The notes under the pieces: generated by a model
Seen by the model: only the letters and a program-made list of their open reading frames with translations
Databases searched by the model: none
Told to the model about the DNA's origin: nothing
Shown here: piece after piece, positions 37,915 through 46,636 of the stretch
Layout: every line of letters begins with the position of its first letter
Numbering within the stretch: position 1 is the stretch's first letter
NCBI GenBank assembly: GCA_963723725.1
Contig: CAVRSA010000009.1
Location: forward strand, 635,004 to 699,003
DNA length: 64,000 nucleotides
Source: Candidatus Acidiferrales bacterium
GTDB taxonomy: Bacteria; Acidobacteriota; Terriglobia; Acidiferrales; UBA7541
Reading direction: 5' to 3'
Position numbers and translations under genes: made by a program

Positions 37915-37961
37915 CCTCGTTAGAAATGTCCCCTTCCTTACCTCGTTAGAAATGTCCCCTT
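37915..37961. repeat. Two identical 21-bp direct repeats (cctcgttagaaatgtcccctt) spaced 26 bp start-to-start, in the mlaF/aroC divergent intergenic region
   Basis: Read directly: copy 1 at 37915-37935, copy 2 at 37941-37961. A third partial copy (tacctcgtt) is at 37981-37989. Confidence 0.85.
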
Positions 37962-38135
37962 TTTTGTTGCTGCGGCGGGTTACCTCGTTCTCGTTGACCC
38001 ATGGTCGCTCGCCAGGCGCATGTGCCGCCCGAATTTCTGAGCCCCGGCAGCAGAAGAACGAGCACAGGGGAGGCGCAGGGGAGCGCAGGGGAGACTGCTG
38101 GACGGAAGAAGCAGGGACCGATACACTCGAAGATT

Positions 38136-39308
38136 ATGCTGAAATTCTACACCGCGGGGGAATCGCACGGGGAAGCACTGCTCGCATTCGTGTCCGGATT
38201 GCCCGCGGGGATGCCCGTGGATTTTGCGTTGATCCAACGGGAACTGTACCGCCGGCAACTGGGCTATGGGAGAGGAGGCCGGCAAAAGATCGAGAAGGAT
38301 AAAGCCGAGATTTTCGCAGGGGTACATCACGGACAAACGATAGGCGCACCGATTGCCCTGCGAATTCCCAACAATGACTGGGTGAACTGGGCACAGATTT
38401 TGCCTGTGGAGGCATCTAATTCTGAAGCGGCAAATTCACGCAAGCTGGTTCGGCCGCGGCCGGGACATGCGGATTTGGCCGGTTCCCAGAAATTTGATTT
38501 TCACGACGCGCGTTATGTACTCGAGCGGGCTTCGGCTCGCGAAACAGCAGGCCGGGTGGCGGCCGGAGCGTTCGCCAAGCTACTCCTGAAGGAATTTGGA
38601 ACCGAAATTCTGAGCCACACGATTCAGGTGGGGCACGTAAAGTTACCGCGTGCAGCAAGCTGGGACGAGATACAGGCGACGTGCGCGGATCTCGATTCCC
38701 CGCTACGCTGCATCGACCTCCCAACGGAACAGCAGATGAAAGCCGAGGTGGATGAGGCGTTGAAGGCAGGCGACACCGTTGGCGGCGTGTTTGAGATTGT
38801 GGTGCACAATGTTCCGACAGGATTGGGATCGCACGCGCAATGGGATGAAAAGCTCGATGGACGGTTGGCACAAGCGTTAATGAGTGTGCAAGCGGTGAAA
38901 GCAGTCGAAATCGGTTCGGGAATTCTGGCCGCTGGATCGTTCGGAAGCGAAGTGCAGGATGAAATATCCTACGACAAGAGCCAGCGAAGGTTCACTCGGT
39001 CGACAAATCGCGCAGGCGGGCTCGAAGGCGGAATCACGAACGGTGAAGACATTGTGATTCGTGGCTACCTGAAGCCGATCTCGACGCTGCGGAGGGCGTT
39101 GCGAACCGCCGATATGGTCACGAAGGAACCTGTCGAGGCGGCCTATGAACGTTCAGACTGGTGCGTGGTGCCGGCCGGGGGCGTGGCAGGTGAGGCTATG
39201 GTTGCCCTTGTGCTTGCGGATGCTTTTCTGCAAAAATTTGGAGGAGACTCGCTGACAGAGATGCGGCGGAATTTCGAAGGATATGGCAAACAAATCGACA
39301 ACTTCTGA
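38136..39308 (+). CDS. aroC: Chorismate synthase
   Basis: ORF 38001..39308. The conserved N-terminus starts at ATG 38136 (MLKFYTAGESHGEAL). Further motifs are ...RPGHADL... and ...GRSSARETA-like ERASARETAGRVAAG.... Confidence 0.95.
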   Translation: MLKFYTAGESHGEALLAFVSGLPAGMPVDFALIQRELYRRQLGYGRGGRQKIEKDKAEIFAGVHHGQTIGAPIALRIPNNDWVNWAQILPVEASNSEAANSRKLVRPRPGHADLAGSQKFDFHDARYVLERASARETAGRVAAGAFAKLLLKEFGTEILSHTIQVGHVKLPRAASWDEIQATCADLDSPLRCIDLPTEQQMKAEVDEALKAGDTVGGVFEIVVHNVPTGLGSHAQWDEKLDGRLAQALMSVQAVKAVEIGSGILAAGSFGSEVQDEISYDKSQRRFTRSTNRAGGLEGGITNGEDIVIRGYLKPISTLRRALRTADMVTKEPVEAAYERSDWCVVPAGGVAGEAMVALVLADAFLQKFGGDSLTEMRRNFEGYGKQIDNF

Positions 39309-39879
39309 GAAGCCGGCAACTTCAGCCGAAACGGCATCGGCCGCGGTTCCGGCGACCGTTCCCGCACGCAAGATCCACAAGATCGTGAAGTACGGCGATC
39401 CGGTCCTCGAGAAGCCGGCCAGCGCGATCAAGAAATTTGATGAGGAACTCGCAGAGCTGGCGGAGGACATGTTCTCGACCATGTATGCCGCGCAAGGAAT
39501 CGGTCTGGCGGCACCACAGATCGGAAAAGGTATACGCCTTGCCGTTGTGGATGTGACGACGGGGAAAAATCCAGAAGCGAAGATCGTCATGGTGAACCCT
39601 GAAATCATTCACGCGGAAGGCGAAGCGCGCGAGGAAGAGGGATGCCTGTCGATACCAGGCTTCCGAGGATACGTAATTCGCCCGCAATTTGTCACGGTAC
39701 GAGCCCTGAATGCCAAAGGCGAACCATTTGAGATTCGCGGCGAGAATTTGCTGGCGCGGGCGTTCTGTCATGAGATCGATCATCTGAACGGTGTGCTGTT
39801 CTTGCAGCACTTGAGCATGCTGAAACGTGATCTGATTCGACGAAAAATCAAGAAGCTGCGTAAAGAGGGCGAGTGGTAA
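39283..39879 (+). CDS. def: Peptide deformylase (with ~30-aa low-complexity N-terminal extension)
   Basis: 198 aa. Motifs are GIGLAAPQIG, EGCLSIPG and HEIDHLNG. The only in-frame ATG upstream of the conserved core is 39283, which overlaps the aroC 3' end by 26 nt. Confidence 0.9.
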   Translation: MANKSTTSEKPATSAETASAAVPATVPARKIHKIVKYGDPVLEKPASAIKKFDEELAELAEDMFSTMYAAQGIGLAAPQIGKGIRLAVVDVTTGKNPEAKIVMVNPEIIHAEGEAREEEGCLSIPGFRGYVIRPQFVTVRALNAKGEPFEIRGENLLARAFCHEIDHLNGVLFLQHLSMLKRDLIRRKIKKLRKEGEW

Positions 39880-39907
39880 ATTCATCACCTGCGCGGGTGA
39901 ATGGATA

Positions 39908-40855
39908 ATGCAGCCTTTGCGAATGGTTTTTTGCGGCACGCCGCAGTTTGCAGTTCCCTCCCTTCACCAACTTTTGCAGGTACCCGAATTCGAGATTGTG
40001 GCCGTGTTGACGCAGCCTGACCGTCCAAGAGGGCGCGGTCAGGAGATCACCTTTGCGCCTGTCAAGGAAGCGGCGCTGGCCGCCAAACTCCCATTGCACC
40101 AGCCGGCAAAGGTGCGCGTACCGGAAGTTGAAGAACAACTTCGCGCACTCCGGCCGGATGTGATCGTGATCATTGCCTTCGGTCAGATTATTCCCGCACG
40201 ATTGCTCGCCGTACCGAAACACGGCTGGATTAATCTGCACGCTTCCCTGCTGCCGAAATACAGGGGAGCGGCGCCGATCAACTGGGCGATCGTGAATGGG
40301 GAAACAACTACCGGTATCACCACGATGCGAATTGATGCGGGCATGGATACCGGTGAGATTCTCTTGCAACAGGCGTTGACGATCGGCGCCGACGAGACGG
40401 CGCCAGCGTTGATGGAGCGACTGGCAAACGCGGGCGGGCCTTTGGTCGTGGAGACGCTGCGCGGGATCGCGAGTGGTAGGTTATCCGGCCGACCGCAGAA
40501 TAATGACGAAGCGACACTGGCGCCGATCCTGGAGCGCGAAGATGGACGGATCGACTGGTCGCTACCTGCGGCACAGATTTACAACCGGATGCGCGGGTTT
40601 TCACCCTGGCCGGGAACCTATACACGGTTCCGCGGCCAGACGTGTCACCTTCAAGCGCTACCGGTGTCTGATGGATCGGCTCATGCGGAGCCGGGGACAA
40701 TTTTGCAAAGTGTTGAAAAAATACGGGTAGTTTGTGGCCAAGGCAGCCTATTGGAGCTAAAGACCGTCAAACTGGAAGGACGCAGACAGATATCGGCCGC
40801 AGAATTTGTCAACGGAGCACGGTTACAGGCCGGTGAGCGCTTTGCGGAACGTTGA
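39908..40855 (+). CDS. fmt: Methionyl-tRNA formyltransferase
   Basis: 315 aa. The sequence MRMVFCGTPQFAVPSL..., ...NLHASLLPKYRGAAPINWAI... and a C-terminal Fmt domain are present. It lies immediately downstream of def. Confidence 0.95.
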   Translation: MQPLRMVFCGTPQFAVPSLHQLLQVPEFEIVAVLTQPDRPRGRGQEITFAPVKEAALAAKLPLHQPAKVRVPEVEEQLRALRPDVIVIIAFGQIIPARLLAVPKHGWINLHASLLPKYRGAAPINWAIVNGETTTGITTMRIDAGMDTGEILLQQALTIGADETAPALMERLANAGGPLVVETLRGIASGRLSGRPQNNDEATLAPILEREDGRIDWSLPAAQIYNRMRGFSPWPGTYTRFRGQTCHLQALPVSDGSAHAEPGTILQSVEKIRVVCGQGSLLELKTVKLEGRRQISAAEFVNGARLQAGERFAER

Positions 40856-40938
40856 TTTGCGCGTGGTTCAGCGCTCAGTCATACTCGCCCATAACGCAGA
40901 CACAGCGACCAGTCAGAAAGAACCGGAGTCAAAACCAA

Positions 40939-42756
40939 ATGCAGAACCTGAGTAAGATCGAGGGATTGATGGACCATTCTCCATACAGGAACGCGTTACG
41001 AAGGCTGGGATGCTGCGTGCTTGCCGCTCAGTTGGCCTGCCTGCCGCTGCTGGCGGCAGAGAACGACGCGAAGCCGGCAACGATCAGGCCGAACACGACA
41101 ACGAACGATCCAATTTTGGGCGTTATGCAGACCGAATTGAGCCGCGCGAAGACGGATTTGGCAAAGACCGATCCAGCACCCTATTTTTTGAGCTACACGG
41201 TGAACGACCAGGACGTAATTGTGATTGCCGGAGCGTACGGGGGATTGCTGTCCGACTCGGTGATCAAACGGCGAACCGCGGATGTGGTGATGCGTGTGGG
41301 AACGCCGGATCTGGACAATACCCACGGTCAAAGCCGCTCGAGTGGAATGACCTCCGGAACACTACCGCTTAACGACAATCCCGATGCGACGCAAAGAATC
41401 TTGTGGGAATTGACCGATCGCGGATACAAGCGTGCCGCACCTGCTTATCTGAATGTGAAGACGAACACGGCGGTTCGGGCGGAAGAAGAAGACAAATCAC
41501 CGGACTTTTCAAAAGAGGTGCCGAAGGTACACGTAGGAGAGAAATTAACCCAGCCCGCATTTGACAAGTCGGCATGGGAGGCGGAAATCCGGCGAGTCTC
41601 TGCGGGATTCTCGAAGTACCCCGGTGTGTATTATTCGACCGTGGTGCTCCAGGTCTCCGTCGCGAATTCCCGGATGGTCACAAGCGAAGGGTCGTCACTG
41701 GCGCTTCCAGGAGCCTCCGCTCGATTGGTGATGGAAGCGCAAACCCGTGCTGATGATGGCATGGATCTGTTGCGCGTCGAAACATTTCAGGCTCCAACGG
41801 CATCGGGATTGCCGAAAGAAGCAGAGCTGATGGCAAAAATTGAAAAGATGGCTGTGGACCTCGAGGCACTGCGGAAAGCGCCCGTAGCCGAACCATATGA
41901 CGGACCAGCGATGTTGAGCGGACGGGCGGCGGCGGTATTTTTTCACGAAGTGCTGGGCCACCGACTGGAAGGACACCGGCAAAAGGACGAGGACGAGGGG
42001 CAGACGTTCACGAAGAAAGTGGGACAAGCCATTCTGCCGCCATTCTTGAGCGTGACAGATGATCCAACGCTCAAGGAGGTAGATGGCATGAAGCTTTCGG
42101 GAACCTATGAATATGACAACGAAGGCGTGCCCGCACAACGGGTGGAAGTGATCAAGAACGGCGTACTCGAGACGTTCCTGATGTCGCGGATGCCCATTAA
42201 GGGATTTGACGTTTCAAATGGGCATGGACGGAACCAGCCAGGTCTGATGCCGACGGGGAGACAGGGAAATCTGATTGTGTCCTCGACGCAGACAATGCCG
42301 GAATCGCAAATGAAGGAACGGCTACGAGAAGAGGCCAAGAAACAAGGGAAACCATACGGATTATATTTCGACGATATTCAAGGCGGATTCACCTTGACGA
42401 CCAGATCGTTGCCGCAATCGTTCCAGGTACTTCCGGTGATCGTATACAAGGTGTATGCGGATGGCCGGCCCGATGAACTGGTGCGCGGAGTGGACATTGT
42501 TGGAACGCCGCTGGCTTCGTTGACGAGAATTATGACGACTGGCGACAAACAGCACGTATTTAATGGCGTGTGCGGGGCGGAAAGCGGAAGCGTGCCGGTC
42601 TCGGCTGTCGCACCCGCGATGCTGTTCAGCGAGATGGAAGTGCAGAAGCAGGCCCATGGACGGGACCGTCCCCCGATCTTGCCACCACCAGGGTTTGAAA
42701 CAACCTCGATTGGCGGCGGGAAAGACGTAGCGGCCAAAGCCGAGGTGAAACCATGA
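40939..42756 (+). CDS. TldD-like metallopeptidase with N-terminal signal peptide
   Basis: ORF 40852..42756 starts at a TTG overlapping the fmt stop. I prefer the ATG at 40939, which has GGAG 10 nt upstream. The hydrophobic leader is ...LRRLGCCVLAAQLACLPLLAAEN. The metal motif is FFHEVLGHRLEGH. It has the TldD/PmbA family C-terminus. Confidence 0.8.
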   Translation: MQNLSKIEGLMDHSPYRNALRRLGCCVLAAQLACLPLLAAENDAKPATIRPNTTTNDPILGVMQTELSRAKTDLAKTDPAPYFLSYTVNDQDVIVIAGAYGGLLSDSVIKRRTADVVMRVGTPDLDNTHGQSRSSGMTSGTLPLNDNPDATQRILWELTDRGYKRAAPAYLNVKTNTAVRAEEEDKSPDFSKEVPKVHVGEKLTQPAFDKSAWEAEIRRVSAGFSKYPGVYYSTVVLQVSVANSRMVTSEGSSLALPGASARLVMEAQTRADDGMDLLRVETFQAPTASGLPKEAELMAKIEKMAVDLEALRKAPVAEPYDGPAMLSGRAAAVFFHEVLGHRLEGHRQKDEDEGQTFTKKVGQAILPPFLSVTDDPTLKEVDGMKLSGTYEYDNEGVPAQRVEVIKNGVLETFLMSRMPIKGFDVSNGHGRNQPGLMPTGRQGNLIVSSTQTMPESQMKERLREEAKKQGKPYGLYFDDIQGGFTLTTRSLPQSFQVLPVIVYKVYADGRPDELVRGVDIVGTPLASLTRIMTTGDKQHVFNGVCGAESGSVPVSAVAPAMLFSEMEVQKQAHGRDRPPILPPPGFETTSIGGGKDVAAKAEVKP

Positions 42757-44468
42757 AAACGACTTGCCTCTTTTGGACGGAGTCGGCCCTGGCAACCTTC
42801 GTATGCGCTCTTACCATAGCGGCCTTCCCGGTATTTGCAAATGATGCGGCGAGCGGTCGAGATGCGAAGTCTGGGCCGCCGGACGCGACGGCAGCAGCGC
42901 ACGCGGCAGCGAAAGGCGATCCGCTGCTGGAGGCCCTGCTGACTGAACTCGATCGGTCGACCTCCACGCTGAAGATGGATCAGGTGCAGCGTCCCTACTA
43001 CCTTGAATATCGAGTCCATGACGTGGAGGAGTACAGCACCGAGGCTGCCTTTGGAGCGTTGCGTGAAGATCAGCGCAATCACGTGCGGGTACTGCGGGTG
43101 GTCGTTCGCCTCGGGGATTACAAGCAGGACAGCTTTTACAATCAGGGGCTCGGAACAGCCTCCATCCTGACAACCGATAATGACAGTGTAGCTTTACGCC
43201 GGCAGATCTGGCTCCTAACAGATGAAGCATACAAGGAAGCGGCAGATGCGTATGCGGAGAAGCTCTCGAGTCTGAAGCAATTCAGCGCAGACCCAAATCC
43301 GGTGGATGACTTTTCCCATGCTCCGGTCACAAGCGCAGTCGGTGAGACGGTAAGACTCAAAGTAGACGAAGATTCGTGGAAAAAGACCGTGGCCGACCTG
43401 ACGAATCTCTATCGCAAATATCCGGAAGTCCAATCTCTGACCGCGGCGGCGAGATTTATCGCGACAAATGAATATTTGGTGAATTCGGAAGGCAGCATCG
43501 TGCGAGATGGAAGGACAAATGCGTCCGTTTCGGTCAGCGGATCGACACAAGCGGAAGACGGAATGCGGCTGAGCCGGAGTCCCTATTGGGCGGAAGAAGT
43601 AGCGGACGATTTGCCGAATCGCGAGTCGCTGCTAAAGGAAGCGACGAACATGCTCGACACCCTTGAGGCACTGCGAAAGGCTCCGATTGTGGAAGAGTCC
43701 TACCGCGGACCGGTACTGTTCACTCCTGATGCGGCCGATGACGTCGTTGCGGGAATGATTGGTGGGAACATTCTGGGCAGGAAGCCGCCGCTCGGCAGGC
43801 CCAACCGCACCACCGGGGCCTTTGCCACGAGCTACAAGACTCGAATTTTGCCGAAGTTTGTCACTGTCATCGACGATCCGACGCTCAAGGAATTTCAGGG
43901 GAAGAAGTTGCTTGGCTATTATTCGGTAGATAGCGAGGGCGTGAAAGCGCAGGAAGTTACGATTGTGGATGCGGGTGTACTGCAAAACTATCTCGTGAAC
44001 CGGCAGCCAATCCGGGACTTCCCTGTTTCAAACGGACATGGACGGTCATCACCAGGAACGAATCCGGTGCCAGCCGTCGGTACACTGATTATGAAGAGTT
44101 CTGAGCCCGAATCCGTGGGAGACCTGAAAAACAAGGCGCTCGAGATGGCAAAGGAGCAGTCCAAACCGTACGCATATCGCGTGGATACGTTAGGACCCGG
44201 AAATTCACCGCGATTGCTGTATCGGGTGTATGTGAACGACGGACACGAAGAATTGGTACGGGGCGCGGTGTTTAATGAACTGGATATCCGCGCACTTCGC
44301 AATGACTTGATTGCCCTCGGAAATGATCCGCTGGTGAGCAATCGGACAAACGGGGTCGGCCAGACAATCATTGCTCCGTCGTTGCTGTTTGACGAGTTGG
44401 AAGTGAAGCGTGCGGATACGACGAAAGAAAAATTACCGGAGTACCCGGCGCCGGACATCAAGCAGTAA
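42753..44468 (+). CDS. PmbA/TldE-like (TldD/PmbA family, no HExxxH) protein with signal peptide
   Basis: 571 aa. The ATGA overlaps the upstream stop and GAGGTGA is the RBS. The signal peptide is MKTTCLFWTESALATFVCALTIAAFPVFAND. It is collinear with the upstream paralogue but lacks the HExxxH motif. Confidence 0.75.
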   Translation: MKTTCLFWTESALATFVCALTIAAFPVFANDAASGRDAKSGPPDATAAAHAAAKGDPLLEALLTELDRSTSTLKMDQVQRPYYLEYRVHDVEEYSTEAAFGALREDQRNHVRVLRVVVRLGDYKQDSFYNQGLGTASILTTDNDSVALRRQIWLLTDEAYKEAADAYAEKLSSLKQFSADPNPVDDFSHAPVTSAVGETVRLKVDEDSWKKTVADLTNLYRKYPEVQSLTAAARFIATNEYLVNSEGSIVRDGRTNASVSVSGSTQAEDGMRLSRSPYWAEEVADDLPNRESLLKEATNMLDTLEALRKAPIVEESYRGPVLFTPDAADDVVAGMIGGNILGRKPPLGRPNRTTGAFATSYKTRILPKFVTVIDDPTLKEFQGKKLLGYYSVDSEGVKAQEVTIVDAGVLQNYLVNRQPIRDFPVSNGHGRSSPGTNPVPAVGTLIMKSSEPESVGDLKNKALEMAKEQSKPYAYRVDTLGPGNSPRLLYRVYVNDGHEELVRGAVFNELDIRALRNDLIALGNDPLVSNRTNGVGQTIIAPSLLFDELEVKRADTTKEKLPEYPAPDIKQ

Positions 44469-44616
44469 AGCTTTCTAGCGGGAGGCGGAAACCACAGGAC
44501 TCGTGGCTGCCCCCGCTAGAACCTTTCGAAAAGCACGCGCAGATGCTTTGCGCACAGCGAAACGAGTGCAGAGAAATAAATTGACGCCGATGGCGTGAGG
44601 TTTGAGACTGGCAAGT

Positions 44617-45336
44617 ATGACGCTGCGAGAACGGTTGGAGTGGTTGACACGAATGGCGTTTCTGGTCTTTATCTTGGCCTCGGCAGCCTTCTTAAGTGCC
44701 ATTACAGCCATGCGGATCGCGATTCACGGGCGAGAAACGACCATGCCCAACCTCGTCGGAAAAAACATTGGAGAAGCAGCCCAGGCCCTGCGATCAAAAG
44801 GGCTGCTGCTGAACGTGGCCGATCGAGTGTATAGCGACGTCCCCATCAACCAGGTGGTGAGGCAGACTCCGCCGCCAGGAATGTTGATGAAAGTGTCACA
44901 GCAGGCGCACGTGGTTCTGAGTTTGGGCCAACGGCAGTTAGAAATTCCTTCTCTTGAAGGAAATACATTGCGGGTATCGAGAATACAGTTGCTTCGTGCC
45001 GGATTACAGGTGGGCGAAGTTTCGAACGTGGTGCTCAACGATCAGCCGTCCGACACGGTAGTGATCCAGAATCCGAAACCAGGCAAGGGCGCCGGGACTC
45101 CACGGGTCGATTTTCTGGTGGCGGGCGTACCACGAGATCCGTCCTATGTCATGCCGTATCTGATTGGCCTCAATGAGCTCGACGTGCAGAAAAGAATGGA
45201 CCAGGCACACCTGCGCACAAAATCGCATTATGTCGACGCGTCACAATGGCCTCATGGGGCAGTCATTGATCAGGAGCCGGTTAGCGGCTCACGTGTGGGG
45301 TCTTCGACAGAAGTGGAACTGACAGTCGCAAACTAA
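44617..45336 (+). CDS. Membrane-anchored PASTA-repeat protein (no kinase or PBP domain)
   Basis: ORF 44602..45336 starts at TTG; the first ATG is at 44617. It has one TM (MAFLVFILASAAFLSAITAM) followed by three ~65-aa PASTA-like repeats (MPNLVGKN..., IPSLEGNT..., MPYLIGLN...). Confidence 0.7.
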   Translation: MTLRERLEWLTRMAFLVFILASAAFLSAITAMRIAIHGRETTMPNLVGKNIGEAAQALRSKGLLLNVADRVYSDVPINQVVRQTPPPGMLMKVSQQAHVVLSLGQRQLEIPSLEGNTLRVSRIQLLRAGLQVGEVSNVVLNDQPSDTVVIQNPKPGKGAGTPRVDFLVAGVPRDPSYVMPYLIGLNELDVQKRMDQAHLRTKSHYVDASQWPHGAVIDQEPVSGSRVGSSTEVELTVAN

Positions 45337-45587
45337 AGAATCGTTGAACTCCACCGATTCTCGTCAAACTCCTTCCCCGAGTCGTCTCACACTCGGGAAC
45401 CTGCTCCCCGATACCCGCACTGTGACACAACGCCAGCCTCCCGAACGCCGCGACTCTCTTTCAAAACAGCCTCGGACCCGGCGCGAAATTCATCCCAAAA
45501 CCAACTGCGGAAAGGACTGAGGTCGGCCCATTTTGGGGAACAATCTGACGGGTCGATGCGTTCATTACCCAGACGAGGTGGGTGTTC

Positions 45588-46526
45588 ATGCTATGGCCAA
45601 ACTCGATGGTTGCAGCCGGTATATTGTGCGGAGCGCTAGCCGCCGTCGCTCCCGCACAACAATCGATACGGGTGGACGTTAATCTGGTGAACCTGGCGTT
45701 TACGGCGCGGGATGCCAGCGGCCACCTCGTGAACAATTTGACGAAGGATGATGTGGAGATCTTTGAGGACGGGACGCCGCAGAAGATCGAGTTCTTTGCA
45801 AAAAGTACCGACGTGCCGCTGACCATGGCATTGATCGTAGATGTGAGCGGAAGTCAGGATCACTTTGGAAAGCAGCATGAGAAGGATCTGGAAGTCTTCC
45901 TGGAGGACGTGCTGGGACCGAAAGATCGGGCATTCCTGGTCTGCTTTGGGAACCACATACGACTGGTAACCGACTATACGAATTCGGCCCGCGAGATTAT
46001 TGATAATTATAAATTGTTTGATAAGGGGAAGAAGCACTTTCCAGAACTGGGGGCAGACGATACGCGAGAAGACGGTACGGCCTTCTACGATTCGATTTAT
46101 TACAGCGTGACGGAAAAACTGTCGCAGGCCGGCGGCCGTCAAGCGATCCTGATGTTCAGCGACGGAGAGGATAATTCAAGTTCGCACGACATGATGACGG
46201 CAGTCGAAACCGCGCAGACGGCAAATGTCGTGTTTTATGGGATTCGATATACGGAACAGAGACATGGACGGCTGAATTCGCGAAATAGATATGGAATAAG
46301 CGTGATGGACCGCCTCGCGAAAGAGACAGGGGGAATGCCTGTCGATGCAAGGGAGACCGATCCGCATGAATATTTCCGACTCATTGCCGAGGAGCTGAGA
46401 ACCTCGTATGAAGTGGGTTATTACCCTTCGGAAAAAAACAAGGACGAGGGATTTCGGAAGATATCGGTAAAGTCAAAATTGGACGGCGTAAAGATCCGGA
46501 CAAAGACGGGATATTTTGTTAGATGA
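45588..46526 (+). CDS. VWA-domain protein of the 'VWFA-related acidobacterial' type
   Basis: The ATG at 45588 is preceded by GAGGTGG. It has a signal peptide. The N-terminus is ...IRVDVNLVNLAFTARDASGHLVNNLTKDDVEIFEDGTPQKIEFF.... The MIDAS-like motif is IVDVSGS. Confidence 0.8.
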   Translation: MLWPNSMVAAGILCGALAAVAPAQQSIRVDVNLVNLAFTARDASGHLVNNLTKDDVEIFEDGTPQKIEFFAKSTDVPLTMALIVDVSGSQDHFGKQHEKDLEVFLEDVLGPKDRAFLVCFGNHIRLVTDYTNSAREIIDNYKLFDKGKKHFPELGADDTREDGTAFYDSIYYSVTEKLSQAGGRQAILMFSDGEDNSSSHDMMTAVETAQTANVVFYGIRYTEQRHGRLNSRNRYGISVMDRLAKETGGMPVDARETDPHEYFRLIAEELRTSYEVGYYPSEKNKDEGFRKISVKSKLDGVKIRTKTGYFVR

Positions 46527-46636
46527 TCGAGCGCGTCGCTAGGAGCCCACGGCCCGGGCCGCACGAGGCACGCGTCAGTACACGGACGGTGAGCACAAAC
46601 CGAGGTTAGCGTCGTTCTACAGGGTCACCCGGCGCC

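Noticed and set aside
37915-37961. CRISPR-like array.
   Set aside because: There are only two full 21-bp copies with a 5-bp spacer. There are no cas genes, and the repeat length and spacing are wrong for CRISPR.
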